Below, piece after piece: positions 63,118-64,000 of a DNA stretch of 64,000 bases (its first letter is position 1; the number at the start of each line of letters is the position of its first letter). Below the pieces are notes generated by a model that was given only the letters and a program-made list of their open reading frames with translations, ran no database searches and was not told the DNA's origin. Where the stretch lies: the NCBI GenBank assembly GCA_963716395.1, contig OY970309.1:1248001-1312000 (forward strand). The letters run 5' to 3'. The DNA is from an uncultured Fibrobacteria bacterium (GTDB lineage Bacteria > Fibrobacterota > Fibrobacteria > UBA11236). The translations under genes and the position numbers were made by a program.

Positions 63118-64000
63118 AGTTCTGGTTTTTCACCGGGCATTCCCATTTCAACATGCAATACGGGATTGTCCTGGCTTCGGCGGCTTTGTTGACCGGAGCC
63201 GGTGCGCAAACTTTGCAATTGACCGGACGGGTTTTGGAAAGCGCCGACCGGCAACCCGTCCCCGGCGCTGCGGTAAGTTGGAGCGGTTCCCAAGTCACCG
63301 CGACCACCGACAGCCTGGGCGGCTTTGCCTTGACGGGATCCGCCGAAAGGATACACTCGCCGTTTCTCTTCCAAACCCCGTATGTGCAGGGCGATCACTT
63401 CAACATCACCACGGCGACCGTGAACCAAACCGTCGTGCTCAGGGTTTTCACCGTACGCGGCGAATGCATCGCTTCGCAGTCCGACACGTTTCCGGCGCCT
63501 GGCCGTAAGGAATTGCCGGTATTACCCAACAACCTGCAGGGGTGTTTTCTTGGTTTCATCGAGGTCAGCAGCCTGGGCCAAGCCTACACCTTTCGCGTTC
63601 TGCGCATGGACTCGCCGGCATCGCAGACCTCGGTGGCTTTCGTGACCTCTCCGTTTTCATCGGCCCAATCCGCAGTCGTGGGCTGGGTCAATATCTCGAT
63701 GCCCGGTTTGCTGACCCAAAGCCTGCCGGTCAACTCGTATCACCAAAACCTGGGAGACATTGAGCTCGGGTATCCTCTCCGTTCCCAAATCGGTGTGGGC
63801 GCCCCGCCGCCCTATGGCGCCATCAAGCTGTTCGACGGGAGCCAAGGCCGGGCCGCGGCGATGGTGCAATTGCAATCGCTGTGGAAACCATGGTGGCGCT
63901 TTCAGGTTGCGGGACAACCCGGGCCGACCACCGGCATCACCTTCACTCTCGCTTCCGATCCGCAATATCCCCATGATACCACCCACGTTACGTTACAGAC
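63114..64000 (+). CDS. Secreted multidomain protein, truncated by the right edge (carboxypeptidase-regulatory-like N-domain, probable DUF1080 start)
   Basis: Not in the track; open from ATG 63114: ...LTGRVLESADRQPVPGAAV...TTDSLGGFAL...PPYGAIKLFDGS. Confidence 0.75.
   Translation, partial: MKFWFFTGHSHFNMQYGIVLASAALLTGAGAQTLQLTGRVLESADRQPVPGAAVSWSGSQVTATTDSLGGFALTGSAERIHSPFLFQTPYVQGDHFNITTATVNQTVVLRVFTVRGECIASQSDTFPAPGRKELPVLPNNLQGCFLGFIEVSSLGQAYTFRVLRMDSPASQTSVAFVTSPFSSAQSAVVGWVNISMPGLLTQSLPVNSYHQNLGDIELGYPLRSQIGVGAPPPYGAIKLFDGSQGRAAAMVQLQSLWKPWWRFQVAGQPGPTTGITFTLASDPQYPHDTTHVTLQ

Overview
GC-rich bacterial chromosome segment, probably origin-proximal. The lineage is inferred to be FCB/Fibrobacterota-like from two PorV-like barrels, several secreted proteins with T9SS-type sorting domains, and an atpZ-led atp operon. 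Core content: an ABC-F gene cut by the left edge, a DGGGP-synthase-like UbiA, yajQ, lolA, suhB, yggS, MFS/TetR, msrAB, lon, gcvP, asd, ppnP, the full F1Fo operon lying directly downstream of rsmG-parA-parB-M23-bactofilin, two parS sites, trpF, an ALDH/GS-like/Fe-ADH operon, polA, coaE, an antiporter and mscS. Accessory content: a HEPN/MNT pair whose MNT is frameshifted, two vapBC-type loci, a low-GC ABC-ATPase + DUF4276/TOPRIM-like pair (candidate defence system) and secreted CAZyme-like proteins. Non-coding signals read directly from the sequence: an AT-rich ~580 bp candidate oriC, a recurrent -10 box 6-7 nt upstream of 14 start codons (apparent leaderless genes), a TetR operator in three copies, an 89-bp MITE-like element, a ~180-bp nested hairpin and a short recurring palindrome family. 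I saw no rRNA, tRNA or CRISPR array. All product calls come from motif recognition by eye; no database search was run.
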